Virus record (IMG/VR): IMGVR_UViG_3300044615_000494
Source of the DNA: a virus
Length of the DNA stretch: 64,000 nucleotides
Reading direction: 5' to 3' (one strand)
In this document: positions 9,133 to 18,353 of the stretch, in pieces
Numbering within the stretch: the stretch's first letter is position 1
How the letters are laid out: each line of letters opens with the position of its first letter
Made by a program: the position numbers and the translations under genes
Notes under the pieces: generated by a model
Database searches by the model: none
Told to the model about the DNA's origin: nothing
What the model saw: the letters and a program-made list of their open reading frames with translations, nothing else

Positions 9133-9161
9133 ATTATAGAATAGTCTACTGTTTAGGTCAA
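9133..9161 (-). promoter_or_regulatory. sigma70-type promoter
   Basis: TTGACC-17 nt-TATAAT upstream of the lipoprotein gene. Confidence 0.75.
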
Positions 9162-10770
9162 GTGTTTTGGTTACCTTTTAGATGTGCTTCTATCTCAGCC
9201 TTTTCGTCATCGCTGAATACATCCAAATCGTATTCGCCCGAATTCAATTTCTCAATCAAAAACTCAATGTACTCCTTGTTGTACATATAACTTTGGCTAG
9301 TGTTCTTATTTTGCTCTAACCATTTTTTACCGTCAAACTTGAATACACGATTTGGTAACACATCTACGCGAACGAATATATCACCTTTCGCGGCTATTTT
9401 GGGAAACTGTGTTCCAAATCCTGTACTCTTTTGAGCACCTAAATCTGCTTTGGCAGAGAATAAATCCGGACGCAATTCTTTCAGTGCGTTGCTCTGATAT
9501 AAAGAACTATTGAATTCTACGTAGCCGTTACCTACATCCTTTAAAGGGGTAACACCCTCAGTTATTATTTCTTTGGGGGCAACAACTTCTTGAACAGATT
9601 TAATATCGGGCTTCGGCTCCAGTTTGTTAGGTTCTTCCAACTTAACTTTTCTTTTACGTTTAGTTGGCTTAGGCTGGAACGTAACTTGCTTGAGAGGTTT
9701 GACGGGCTTAGTGACTTTATTTGGTCTAATCTTGGCAACTTTAAGTTTAGGTTGCTCAACTTTAGCCTTTCGCTTAACTTTTTTTTTACAGGACTATCCT
9801 GCTTTACTTCTTCTTTAACTAAGCCGCCGTCGGCAGTGAGTTCTGCATCCCCTGCTTTTGGCTCAATAGGCTCGCTTGTTTGTTCTTTTTCTTCAGGGGT
9901 TAATGGTAGATATCCTGCTGTGGTGGCCGGAACAAACTCTTCCTTCTTTTCAAATTCCCATTTATAACTACTGATTGCGGCGATCACAAGCATCAATGCT
10001 AATGGGTCAAATACAAAAATCAATAGTATGATTACCCAACGGACGGCCTTTTCTAACAACGCATTGTCTGGGTTGTCACCATATATCAATGCCGCGATAT
10101 ATTTTATAGGACCTACTTCTGCTTCAATCTTACGAAACTGAGTGGCTAACGGAGCCTTTTCTAAACTCAATGCCTGTATAGTCTGATTTGATTTTTCTAT
10201 ACGGGACTGTGCATCATCAATCTCTTTTGTATATGCCTGTCTATCTCTACGCTGTGCGGCTCTTATCTGTACGGATCTTTCTGCACTTGCCTCACTAGTG
10301 CCGCGATCCAGTCTTGCGGACACTTGAGCATCCATCTGTGATAATGCTCTGCGGGCAGATTCTATATTTTCGCGCTCACTGCTTATCAATTCACGCTGAA
10401 TAGCGATCTTCTCATCGATTAAACTTATCTGAGCAGCCACATCGCCTGTAGGTATACCCTGATCCATATGGGCTTTGCTTAAGAAGCCGAATATGCCCAT
10501 GCTTGTGACAAGTGCTAATACTGCTACAGCACCTGTCAAATATGTTTTCATCAACCATCTACATCTTTCCCAATATCGGTGCAACCATATCGTTGTAACA
10601 ATCTTGGCTACCTCGAGACTACCTCCCATGATGATCACGGGTATGACGGCGGCAGCGAATATAGCGGTCAAACCGACTACGCTATACCAGGCTGCTATGG
10701 CACTGAGCGTTAATGCTGTGATTAACGCTAATGTAGATAGGCTAAATACTTTCCTTATTAATAGTGGCAT
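9158..10770 (-). CDS. Multi-TM/coiled-coil membrane protein; a single 537-aa reading frame if shifted -1 at the A9 run (9779-9787)
   Basis: The 0 frame turns low-complexity after VKKK. The -1 frame opens after TAG 9794-9796 and reads KKKVKRKAKVEQPKLKVAKIRP... directly into the 9158..9640 ORF. Confidence 0.75.
9778..9800 (-). other. Candidate -1 frameshift/slippage site A_AAA_AAG with upstream SD-like AGGA
   Basis: AGGA (9797-9800), 12 nt, then A AAA AAG (9784-9778) in the 0 frame GTA AAA AAA AAG. Confidence 0.5.
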
Positions 10771-10809
10771 TAATATATTTATTACGAATTGCACCAAAAT
10801 AAGTGCATA

Positions 10810-11043
10810 TTATTCTCTAGGTTCAGGAGCCTCTCCTTTACCAAACAAATGCCCGTAATTGCCTAAAAACTCTGTAAGAGACTGCACAAGATTTCGTGGA
10901 ATGCCTGGACCTTGTTGTACTAGATATCCTACAATAAAGTCTTCGTCACCGCGCCATTTGATATGCTTAACTTCAAGCCAGTCACCATCAGCGAACATAT
11001 ATCGCTGACCTACTAAATCTTCGTAGCCGCTGAGTTTAGTCAT
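10810..11043 (-). CDS. Hypothetical protein
   Basis: MTKLSGYEDLVGQRYMFADGDWLEVKHIKWRG; tiles with neighbouring genes. Confidence 0.65.
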   Translation of the reverse strand: MTKLSGYEDLVGQRYMFADGDWLEVKHIKWRGDEDFIVGYLVQQGPGIPRNLVQSLTEFLGNYGHLFGKGEAPEPRE

Positions 11044-11326
11044 CTTCGCCGGGAACCTCATAGGCTACGTCATAGCCACCCTTGCGATCACTGAACCAAT
11101 CATCATCACGGTCGTAATCGTAGTTTTCGATGAACTCTAAGAAATTATCATGCTCTTCATCAGTAGGTTCTTCACCTTCTGGTTCGTTCCAATCATTGCT
11201 AGTCATATGGCTAGCGATCTCTTTGAAACGTTCTACTGAACCAAAGTTCTCAATGATATCTTCTTCAGGGATATCATAATTAAAATGACTATGTACTTGG
11301 TGATACTCAATTTTTACGAATTTCAT
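11036..11326 (-). CDS. Acidic hypothetical protein
   Basis: MKFVKIEYHQVHSHF; AGGAG SD. Confidence 0.7.
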   Translation of the reverse strand: MKFVKIEYHQVHSHFNYDIPEEDIIENFGSVERFKEIASHMTSNDWNEPEGEEPTDEEHDNFLEFIENYDYDRDDDWFSDRKGGYDVAYEVPGEDD

Positions 11327-11337
11327 GGTTTTCTCCT

Positions 11338-11538
11338 TTACCAACTATCTGAATGTGTGACGTTAACGCGAACAGTTACCGGTGTACTATTTAATACAAA
11401 ATCAAACTCCATAGATAAAGTAGATCCGATATCGCTCTCATTATCATAAATCAATTTTATAACACCGTCTACTTCATTCTCTCTTACGACATTAACTATA
11501 AAGTCTAATTCTTGTTTGGTTATATAAATTTCATTCAT
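11338..11538 (-). CDS. Hypothetical protein
   Basis: 66-aa ORF, ATGA overlap with upstream gene. Confidence 0.65.
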   Translation of the reverse strand: MNEIYITKQELDFIVNVVRENEVDGVIKLIYDNESDIGSTLSMEFDFVLNSTPVTVRVNVTHSDSW

Positions 11539-11768
11539 TCTTCAACTCCGAAATGTTCTTTAATATCTTTAAGATGTTTCATGGAACGCAAATACTTTTC
11601 AGTATTGTGGCCATCACGGGTAATACCCATCTGAATAGTTAGAATACATTCTTTCACAATCAACTGGGCAAACTTTTCTTTGTCAAAGATCCATCCCTCG
11701 CCACTGTTTGCTGTTGGCTCAATATAGGTAGTAGCCTGTACGGCAAGTAGTTTAATTCGTTCGTTCAT
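11535..11768 (-). CDS. Small protein, MNERI...KFAELIV...HFG paralog family (copy 1)
   Basis: MNERIKLLA...EKFAQLIVKEC...IKEHFGVEE. Confidence 0.75.
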   Translation of the reverse strand: MNERIKLLAVQATTYIEPTANSGEGWIFDKEKFAQLIVKECILTIQMGITRDGHNTEKYLRSMKHLKDIKEHFGVEE

Positions 11769-11980
11769 AGTTCAACGCCGAAATGTTGTTTAATCTGTTC
11801 ACTGATCATCCGGCCTGTCCAAGCAGGATGATCCTCACAAGTCTGCAACATTTCCCGAACAATCAACTCGGCGAACTTTTCAGTATCAAAACGATCTACC
11901 ATGTAACTGTTAAACGCAGTAGTACCTCGTTGTTCACGGACAATGCATTGTGATTTTAATAATGCGATACGTTCATTCAT
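11765..11980 (-). CDS. Small protein, MNERI...HFG family (copy 2)
   Basis: MNERIALLK...EKFAELIVREM...IKQHFGVEL; TGATG coupling at 11980. Confidence 0.75.
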   Translation of the reverse strand: MNERIALLKSQCIVREQRGTTAFNSYMVDRFDTEKFAELIVREMLQTCEDHPAWTGRMISEQIKQHFGVEL

Positions 11981-12144
11981 CAAAAGTGTTTCCCAAAAAG
12001 ACAATACACAGCAAATCGTTTCCAAGTCTTAGGTTGTGTATTACGTGTAGCAACTTGCATAGGATTCTGTCGCCATGTCATGCCATCAGGTCCCCACTGC
12101 CAGTGATATGTACCGAATCTGATATTGAACCATAAGTTACTCAT
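11980..12144 (-). CDS. Trp-rich small protein (54 aa)
   Basis: Hand translation MSNLWFNIRFGTYHWQWGPDGMTWRQNPMQVATRNTQPKTWKRFAVYCLFGKHF; stop/start overlaps on both sides. Confidence 0.6.
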   Translation of the reverse strand: MSNLWFNIRFGTYHWQWGPDGMTWRQNPMQVATRNTQPKTWKRFAVYCLFGKHF

Positions 12145-12368
12145 GATTTGAGTCCAAAATGTTCCCTTATAGCCTTGACGCTATTATTGATGGTATGCGA
12201 TACCATACCTTGATCAAAGGTCGTATAAATGTGGTTAGTATTTGTCTTAGACTCTACTGCTAGAATCGCTTCCTGTATGATCAAATCAGCAAACTCTTCA
12301 AGACGCACATGGCTTACACAATGTTCTACTTGCGCTTTTACAGCAATCTCTTTAAGTCGTTCGTTCAT
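12141..12368 (-). CDS. Small protein, MNERI...HFG family (copy 3)
   Basis: MNERLKEIA...EEFADLIIQEA...IREHFGLKS. Confidence 0.75.
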   Translation of the reverse strand: MNERLKEIAVKAQVEHCVSHVRLEEFADLIIQEAILAVESKTNTNHIYTTFDQGMVSHTINNSVKAIREHFGLKS

Positions 12369-12490
12369 TCTTTTGGTTCCTTAATATAATCTTTTAATTT
12401 GAATTCTGTGAAATTAACAATCAATAAAAGAATATACAGGGCGAAAGGAAACAACATTCCAACCATCAATAATAATATGTCATATATCAC
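12365..12490 (-). CDS. Small single-TM protein (41 aa, GTG start)
   Basis: MIYDILLLMVGMLFPFALYILLLIVNFTEFKLKDYIKEPKE; AAGGA SD; ATGA overlap. Confidence 0.5.
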   Translation of the reverse strand: MIYDILLLMVGMLFPFALYILLLIVNFTEFKLKDYIKEPKE

Positions 12491-12499
12491 ATTGATCCT

Positions 12500-13837
12500 T
12501 TATTTGTCATCACGGAATCTCACAAAGCGGGGAAATCGCAAACTATAAGTTCCGTCTTGATTTTGTGTAATCACATCACACAAGATTTCAACTGTGCGAC
12601 CAATAACCAAACTACGGTTACCCCAAAGGCTATCTCTATCACCATCAGTAAAGCCACTACCAACATTGACAGTAATAGTTTTCCCGTCGTCAACTCCGGA
12701 GCAAACAAGAGCCCCAAGTCGTCCCACATTTCTACCAGTACCTTCTTCAAGATCAATTACCTCCAAGTCAACTGTGATAGTAGGCTTCCACTTCATCCAG
12801 AAAGTGTTGCGCTTGCACTCATAAGGACTATTGATGTCCTTGATCATGATGCCTTCGAACCCTGCGTTAACGTTATCCTTAGCATAACGCATCAACTGAT
12901 CACGACCTTCGCCTGTATCAAGATCAACCATGATGTGCGGCAACAACTCTACGTTAGGCATAGTATCAATGACAGGACGCAACTTCTCAAGCAATTTTAC
13001 ACGCTTATGCAACTGTGCGTTCCAGTATCCACGCTCCCAGTCATCGATAGGAATGATATCAAAGATATTGAACACGCTATCATCAGCCTTGGCGTTGTCT
13101 TTGCGCCGTGCTTGTCGCATCAATTCTTGGAAACTGTTACCGATAACTTCACCGTCAAGCCAGAAGCCATTGAATAGGCTACGATCACCTGAGGCACGGA
13201 CTAATTTGAGATGATTATTTTGAATTTGTTGTTCGATAATACTGAAGTTCTCAAAGATTTTACCATTGCGGCTATAGCAAGTAGTGACACATTCTCCTTG
13301 ATCATTATGAACGACACGCATCAGTACACGCACACCGTCAAGTTTAGGCTCAAGACGCTTGAGTCCCTTCATCTCAGGACGACCCTCGCTATTCGTTGCC
13401 AACTGACAACCAAAGATAGGAATCTCGTACTCTGACTTCTTGACAACCTTGTTGAAAGTCTTATCGCTGATACCGCAACGCAAATCCTTGCGAATCACAT
13501 TACGGCAGAAGTTATTCCATTCGTCAGTATCGAAACGCTTGCTCATCATATCTACGGCATCACGGGCACTATTGCCTGTGATATCACGGTTGCGCAATTT
13601 CAATAGCAAGTCTGTGAATTCTTCCCAAGGATTTTCCTGATTGATCAGACCTTCAGTCTCTGGCACCTGGCGCAAGTGGAAATTGTCATAAGGATTATAA
13701 GCACTTTGCACATAACGCAAGAATCGAATGCTACTCTCGTTACCAAGCACAGCCATCTCATATGCCTGCTTGAGTACGTCTTCCTTGTGTAGACGGCTAT
13801 CGCTCTCGTTTAGTTTGTGAATCCAGTATGCGCTCAT
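12500..13837 (-). CDS. lig: ATP-dependent DNA ligase
   Basis: Motif I EPKLDGVR; LDGEV; FNIFDII; EGIMIKD; KWKP; SLRFPRFVRFRDDK. Confidence 0.95.
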   Translation of the reverse strand: MSAYWIHKLNESDSRLHKEDVLKQAYEMAVLGNESSIRFLRYVQSAYNPYDNFHLRQVPETEGLINQENPWEEFTDLLLKLRNRDITGNSARDAVDMMSKRFDTDEWNNFCRNVIRKDLRCGISDKTFNKVVKKSEYEIPIFGCQLATNSEGRPEMKGLKRLEPKLDGVRVLMRVVHNDQGECVTTCYSRNGKIFENFSIIEQQIQNNHLKLVRASGDRSLFNGFWLDGEVIGNSFQELMRQARRKDNAKADDSVFNIFDIIPIDDWERGYWNAQLHKRVKLLEKLRPVIDTMPNVELLPHIMVDLDTGEGRDQLMRYAKDNVNAGFEGIMIKDINSPYECKRNTFWMKWKPTITVDLEVIDLEEGTGRNVGRLGALVCSGVDDGKTITVNVGSGFTDGDRDSLWGNRSLVIGRTVEILCDVITQNQDGTYSLRFPRFVRFRDDK

Positions 13838-13844
13838 GTATTTC

Positions 13845-14351
13845 TCACTTAAAGGGCCATGCACTATTTGGGTCTAGTTTGGGCCGGGGTTCTAATTTGA
13901 TATCTTCTTCAATGACTTCATTATACTCGTCCCCGTCAACAATATCAACCTTGAACGGACCCGCAATCTCAATATAGTCTTCCTCTACCACCCAATCACT
14001 AAAATCATAAAGCCAGGCTGCTCCCGATCTTTCAAATTCATCATCCGGATCTCCGTTACACCATAACTTTCCAATTTCTTCTTTTTCTTCTTCGGTAAAG
14101 TCATCATCAAATTCAAAATCAAGGCTAATCAAGTCGTCTAACTCTGATCCCCAACCTATACCTGGATCACAGATAATCCAGTTATCTTCAAGATAAACAG
14201 GTTCGTCAAGTTCGCGGAATCCCTGTCCCCAACGATATAGTTCACGTACTACGAAACCTCGGGTGTTACCCTCACTATCAGTTTTGTAAACATCATACAC
14301 GGCATAGATAGATTTCTTATCTGTGGGCATGATGCGATATAATTTAGCCAT
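13845..14351 (-). CDS. Acidic hypothetical protein
   Basis: 168-aa ORF tiling with neighbours. Confidence 0.7.
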   Translation of the reverse strand: MAKLYRIMPTDKKSIYAVYDVYKTDSEGNTRGFVVRELYRWGQGFRELDEPVYLEDNWIICDPGIGWGSELDDLISLDFEFDDDFTEEEKEEIGKLWCNGDPDDEFERSGAAWLYDFSDWVVEEDYIEIAGPFKVDIVDGDEYNEVIEEDIKLEPRPKLDPNSAWPFK

Positions 14352-14352
14352 A

Positions 14353-14565
14353 TTAATCTTTCTTATTAATTGCGTTGGTCACACTACCAAACGTCACCAT
14401 AGTTAACCAAGCCATAGCCAACCATGTCCAAAAAGTATAATCGATACCTAGATTGAACAATGTGTTTAGTGACCAAATCGTTACCAGTGGGGCAAATATT
14501 AAAAGTGCTATAATTAGCAAAATTAAAACAGTGAAAGTTATAGGTGTGAGATTTAATTTACGCAT
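14353..14565 (-). CDS. Two-TM membrane protein
   Basis: Hydrophobic 70-aa ORF; ATG 6 nt downstream of TATAAT. Confidence 0.65.
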   Translation of the reverse strand: MRKLNLTPITFTVLILLIIALLIFAPLVTIWSLNTLFNLGIDYTFWTWLAMAWLTMVTFGSVTNAINKKD

Positions 14566-14571
14566 GATACT

Positions 14572-14600
14572 ATTATACACTTACCAACTAGAATTGTAAA
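14572..14600 (-). promoter_or_regulatory. sigma70-type promoter giving a leaderless transcript
   Basis: TTTACA-17-TATAAT-6 nt-ATG. Confidence 0.65.
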
Positions 14601-14940
14601 ATACTTTACGACCCAAAAACAGTTCTGCTTTTGCGTTAACGCAAAATTCTAGGTCATGATCACGATAGTGTTCATCGCTAGGATTACCGAAAAAGAATCC
14701 AGTTGTACCTAGTTTGGACACTTGACCTGACTTGATATCTTGCTCAAGTTTATGAACATCGTCCCATGTCAGTTCTACTTCAACACCGTTGAATGTGTCG
14801 CACACTCCACCCTTCTCAGCAAAGAGTTTTTCCATCCAGCCTTGCAAGTTGGGATGCTTGCGCCAGTAACTGATCTCTTGATGGTTGTTCCAATCCTCGC
14901 CTGCCTTGCTAGCGACATATGCGTATGCATCAAGTCCCAT
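14581..14940 (-). CDS. Conserved phage hypothetical protein (MGLD...YWRK type)
   Basis: MGLDAYAY...ISYWRKHPNLQGWME...VFYNSSW. Confidence 0.7.
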   Translation of the reverse strand: MGLDAYAYVASKAGEDWNNHQEISYWRKHPNLQGWMEKLFAEKGGVCDTFNGVEVELTWDDVHKLEQDIKSGQVSKLGTTGFFFGNPSDEHYRDHDLEFCVNAKAELFLGRKVFYNSSW

Positions 14941-15139
14941 TTTTAATCCTCTCTAAGATAGGTTGCACTAAATCTACCGAATCCACATTATCATAATATG
15001 CGGCTAACATCATGTTGTAAACTACTACCGCATCTTTACCATATGTGCCTATGATTTCTTTTACTTCACTAGTATTCTTGGCTTTCCACAACAAATCAGC
15101 GATATGATGTTGTACCTTGTTTGCTAATTGCAATTCCAT
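14930..15139 (-). CDS. Hypothetical protein
   Basis: 69-aa ORF with AAGGA SD. Confidence 0.65.
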   Translation of the reverse strand: MELQLANKVQHHIADLLWKAKNTSEVKEIIGTYGKDAVVVYNMMLAAYYDNVDSVDLVQPILERIKNGT

Positions 15140-15148
15140 GATATTCCT

Positions 15149-15259
15149 TTATACAAAAGATTTTACAGTATCTACGAACTTTTGTAAAGACTCAGCGATA
15201 CGATACATCCCAATTTCACCGATGATGATACCCACAATCACGCCTATAAAAAATCTCAT
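15149..15259 (-). CDS. Small membrane peptide (36 aa)
   Basis: Hand translation MRFFIGVIVGIIIGEIGMYRIAESLQKFVDTVKSFV; ATGA overlap. Confidence 0.5.
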   Translation of the reverse strand: MRFFIGVIVGIIIGEIGMYRIAESLQKFVDTVKSFV

Positions 15260-15915
15260 ATGACCTGCACCCTATTCAATTGTGTTTGGTTATTGTCCTG
15301 ACGTTTCACTGTACCCTTGATAGATAACTTACTACCATAGTTTAGATCCTGCTTGTAACTGAAAAAGATCGATTGATCCTTATCGGTGATAGCAGTCACA
15401 AAGTACACGCCCCACTTCTGACTATAGATGCACTTCAAGACCTCGATGTTGGCTGTGACACGATCCAACACTTTACCTAGATATCCGCCTTGTGCAAACT
15501 TAGCACGATTCTCACCTAAGTCACGTTGCACGCCTTTAAGATATGACGCAGGGAGACTGCTGGCTACTGCTATTTCATAGTTACCAACTATCTCTTCTTT
15601 CTCGACCAACTTCATAGCATTGCGGTCGAACTCACTCATATAACCACCGCCAAGAATCTTGAACGTCTTACCTTGATACCAGGCTTTGAGGCTAGCAGCC
15701 ATGTCGTTGTCTTCTTTAGTGATAGTGCTAGGATCGGCAATGAATTCCATGACCAACTGACGATTAGACTTGCGAGGATCCCCTTTGGTATCCTGTGTAT
15801 TACCAATCTCGTATGCCACCTTGACATACATACCATTGACACGTTGCGCGGCACATGCCGCCGACAACACAAGCATAGTAGGATACATTGCCTCAACCTT
15901 TTTAACTTTAGGCAT
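15256..15915 (-). CDS. Hypothetical protein with a C-terminal OB-fold-like region
   Basis: ...KLSIKGTVKRQDNNQTQLNRVQV. Confidence 0.6.
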   Translation of the reverse strand: MPKVKKVEAMYPTMLVLSAACAAQRVNGMYVKVAYEIGNTQDTKGDPRKSNRQLVMEFIADPSTITKEDNDMAASLKAWYQGKTFKILGGGYMSEFDRNAMKLVEKEEIVGNYEIAVASSLPASYLKGVQRDLGENRAKFAQGGYLGKVLDRVTANIEVLKCIYSQKWGVYFVTAITDKDQSIFFSYKQDLNYGSKLSIKGTVKRQDNNQTQLNRVQVI

Positions 15916-16384
15916 TTTCTTCTTCTGCTTCTTTAGCAAAAGCCTCAGTCAACAAAATGTAGTCATCACCATGATCGGACACATACCAATTACCATCAGT
16001 ACGCAGTATGTAATCATATTCCTCGGCTTGACCATTAGCCTTGAAATCTGCAAAGTCCTTGAAGTAACGTGCATAGACATTGTGTTCGCTACGGTCACGA
16101 CCATAGAAGGTAGTCATGTTGCCGTACAATTCCTCAAACTTACCATCCTTGCTCATTGGGCTGTCAGAGGGTAAGTCCAACACGCTAAAGGGATGCTTGG
16201 TTCCGATTGTAGGACGCAAACTTGAGACATCACCTAAGTCAATCAGGTCACGCAAGATGAAGGGATTTGAATAATTCTCAAACAGGATCTTACCGTTGTG
16301 AGACAAGTAACCGTCCCAGTGACAATACACTTGACCAATAGTACCATCTGCAAATTCAAGAGAGATTGTAGAACGTGTAGCCAT
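15908..16384 (-). CDS. Early hypothetical protein (MATRS...YCHWDGY type)
   Basis: VYCHWDGYLSHNGKILFENY; directly downstream of a consensus promoter. Confidence 0.75.
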   Translation of the reverse strand: MATRSTISLEFADGTIGQVYCHWDGYLSHNGKILFENYSNPFILRDLIDLGDVSSLRPTIGTKHPFSVLDLPSDSPMSKDGKFEELYGNMTTFYGRDRSEHNVYARYFKDFADFKANGQAEEYDYILRTDGNWYVSDHGDDYILLTEAFAKEAEEENA

Positions 16385-16418
16385 TTCGTGAGTCCTTTAA
16401 TTAACTGTTTAAGATTCT

Positions 16419-16447
16419 ATTATATACCCAAACCGATTTATTGTCAA
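16419..16447 (-). promoter_or_regulatory. Consensus sigma70 early promoter
   Basis: TTGACA-17-TATAAT, exact consensus. Confidence 0.9.
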
Positions 16448-16451
16448 CCTT

Positions 16452-16682
16452 TTAGCCTACTTCAGCACCACAGAAAACTACTTCATATACTGCTTCCCGT
16501 ACAGCGGTATCCATTGCTTCACCAAACTTGGGGTAGTCAGAATCGGCCAATGCCCGCAAAGCACTCTCGGTTTGGTCCCAAGTCAGTTTCAAAGTTTTAG
16601 CAGTAATCGCAATACCGTGAACTGCCAAGTTACCTTCGGTACTGAACATTTCGTAAGAGATATCGTATGTCAATGTAGCCAT
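16452..16682 (-). CDS. Early hypothetical protein
   Basis: 76 aa; AAGGA SD; own promoter. Confidence 0.7.
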   Translation of the reverse strand: MATLTYDISYEMFSTEGNLAVHGIAITAKTLKLTWDQTESALRALADSDYPKFGEAMDTAVREAVYEVVFCGAEVG

Positions 16683-16715
16683 TTGTGAGTCCTTTTCTTT
16701 ACTGTCTAAGATTCT

Positions 16716-16744
16716 ATTATATGCCCAAACTGACCCAAAGTCAA
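16716..16744 (-). promoter_or_regulatory. sigma70 early promoter; cassette duplicated with 16380-16452
   Basis: TTGACT-17-TATAAT; shares the TATAATAGAATCTTA...AAGGACTCAC..ATGGCTACA leader. Confidence 0.85.
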
Positions 16745-16794
16745 GCCTTTTATGCCATTATTTTTAGGATATTTTGTTGTTTAAAAACAACAAC

Positions 16795-16995
16795 TTACGC
16801 TTCCTTAGGGTTCACGGTAAATTCCAGTCTGGCCAGTCTACCTACGTAGAGTTTCCGTTTCTCATCTAGGGTCATTTCCAGTACCTGATTGGTCGGAAAA
16901 CGCACCCAAATCTTGTTGGTTTCCATGTCAACTATGGGGCAATTCACTCCCTTGCCCCCTTCGCTACGGACAGTAATGTTCTCACCCTTACGCAT
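16795..16995 (-). CDS. Hypothetical protein
   Basis: MRKGENITVRSEGG; AAGGA SD. Confidence 0.6.
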   Translation of the reverse strand: MRKGENITVRSEGGKGVNCPIVDMETNKIWVRFPTNQVLEMTLDEKRKLYVGRLARLEFTVNPKEA

Positions 16996-17170
16996 GTTCC
17001 TTTTCCTTTTTTCCGGCAATAGTCAACAATGCGGCAATGCTAGCCTCGAGGTCACCGGTCATTGTGTAAAGATCCTCGCTACTAAGGTTTTCGTTTTCTA
17101 GTGCGATCATGTAACCAAGAGTACTAAGAACATCGCTAACCTGAGTCAGAGTAAGATTTTTATTAGCCAT
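16988..17170 (-). CDS. Hypothetical protein
   Basis: 60 aa; AGGAG SD. Confidence 0.65.
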   Translation of the reverse strand: MANKNLTLTQVSDVLSTLGYMIALENENLSSEDLYTMTGDLEASIAALLTIAGKKEKEHA

Positions 17171-17182
17171 TTTGTGTCTCCT

Positions 17183-17956
17183 TTATTTAAGTTCAATACT
17201 AGCAACTTTCAATCTAGCAAAAATGTCATCACCAAACTTCCATCCTTCGGGCATACTTGTCTGCATGTCCAATTCATTATCAAGTTTAACAGCCTCTTCG
17301 TTAGTAATCAAGACAATAGCCAAATTGTTTTTAATCATTTGGGCAATCTCAGTAACAGGACATTTTTCCATAGTCATCGTTACCGCTTGATTATAAATCA
17401 TGATACAAGGAACGATATGCTCACGATAAGTATTTTCCTTAGTACGGTTTACACTCTCGCCGATAGTGATAAGATGGTCAATGCTATCACTCTCAAGTAA
17501 TGACCTCGCATTCTCTAGACCAAATCCATCTTCGTTGTCAATCAAAAATCTAAAACGTTTGGCAATCTTTTCAAAGATGTTACGCTCACTAACCTCACGT
17601 GGTATAGGCTTGATTGCCTGTCCACGAACCTTTCTTACGATTGTTTCAATAGATTCGATGATACTAACAAGTATCCAAAAATTTTCAAGGATATCACCGT
17701 CAAAATTGATAGTGATACATTTCTCATTATCCTTTCGTGCCTTTTCAGAAAATCCCTGCTCCAGCATACGCTTTCGCATTTCGGCAATATCTTCTGATCG
17801 TGCTAACCAACCAAAGGTATAATGCTTCTTCTTGATTTCACATTTGACACCGTTGTTGGTATAGAGTACGCAATTATTTTGCTCCTCGTATACACGTTCA
17901 GTGTAGCCACGCTCCTCACATGAGGACTTGAATATATTGAAACTAATAGCAGCCAT
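17183..17956 (-). CDS. Hypothetical protein (257 aa)
   Basis: Long ORF; YREHIVPC motif of unknown meaning. Confidence 0.7.
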   Translation of the reverse strand: MAAISFNIFKSSCEERGYTERVYEEQNNCVLYTNNGVKCEIKKKHYTFGWLARSEDIAEMRKRMLEQGFSEKARKDNEKCITINFDGDILENFWILVSIIESIETIVRKVRGQAIKPIPREVSERNIFEKIAKRFRFLIDNEDGFGLENARSLLESDSIDHLITIGESVNRTKENTYREHIVPCIMIYNQAVTMTMEKCPVTEIAQMIKNNLAIVLITNEEAVKLDNELDMQTSMPEGWKFGDDIFARLKVASIELK

Positions 17957-17960
17957 TATA

Positions 17961-18230
17961 TTAGTTCATGAGGTAAGTGCTGATGATCCACTTAGCACGA
18001 TTGATCGCCTGACGGCCGTCTTCGGCTCGCATACTATCAACTTCACCGTATTCGGTGTTGATCATTTCCTGCGCATCGCTGAGGATGCTCATTGCCATCA
18101 TAGCAGGGCCACTGAAACGAAACGTGAGACTGTCCTCGACCGCTTCACGCATCTGGGTCTCAGTGCAACCAAACATGCGAACTTGGCGTTTTTCTTGCTC
18201 GGTCAAACCACTGTAAATTGCTGTTGTCAT
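17961..18230 (-). CDS. Early hypothetical protein
   Basis: 89 aa; GGAG SD; downstream of a promoter. Confidence 0.7.
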   Translation of the reverse strand: MTTAIYSGLTEQEKRQVRMFGCTETQMREAVEDSLTFRFSGPAMMAMSILSDAQEMINTEYGEVDSMRAEDGRQAINRAKWIISTYLMN

Positions 18231-18259
18231 CTCTATCTCCGTTCGTTCAGTATGTATAT

Positions 18260-18288
18260 ATTATGAACCCAATTAGCCCAAATGTCAA
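18260..18288 (-). promoter_or_regulatory. sigma70 early promoter
   Basis: TTGACA-17-CATAAT with TTTGGG/TTGGG repeat in the spacer. Confidence 0.8.
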
Positions 18289-18353
18289 GCCTTTTTTGTT
18301 GTTTTTTTGCTACAAAAAACCTATATAAATCAACGACTTACAAGAGCGGGATT

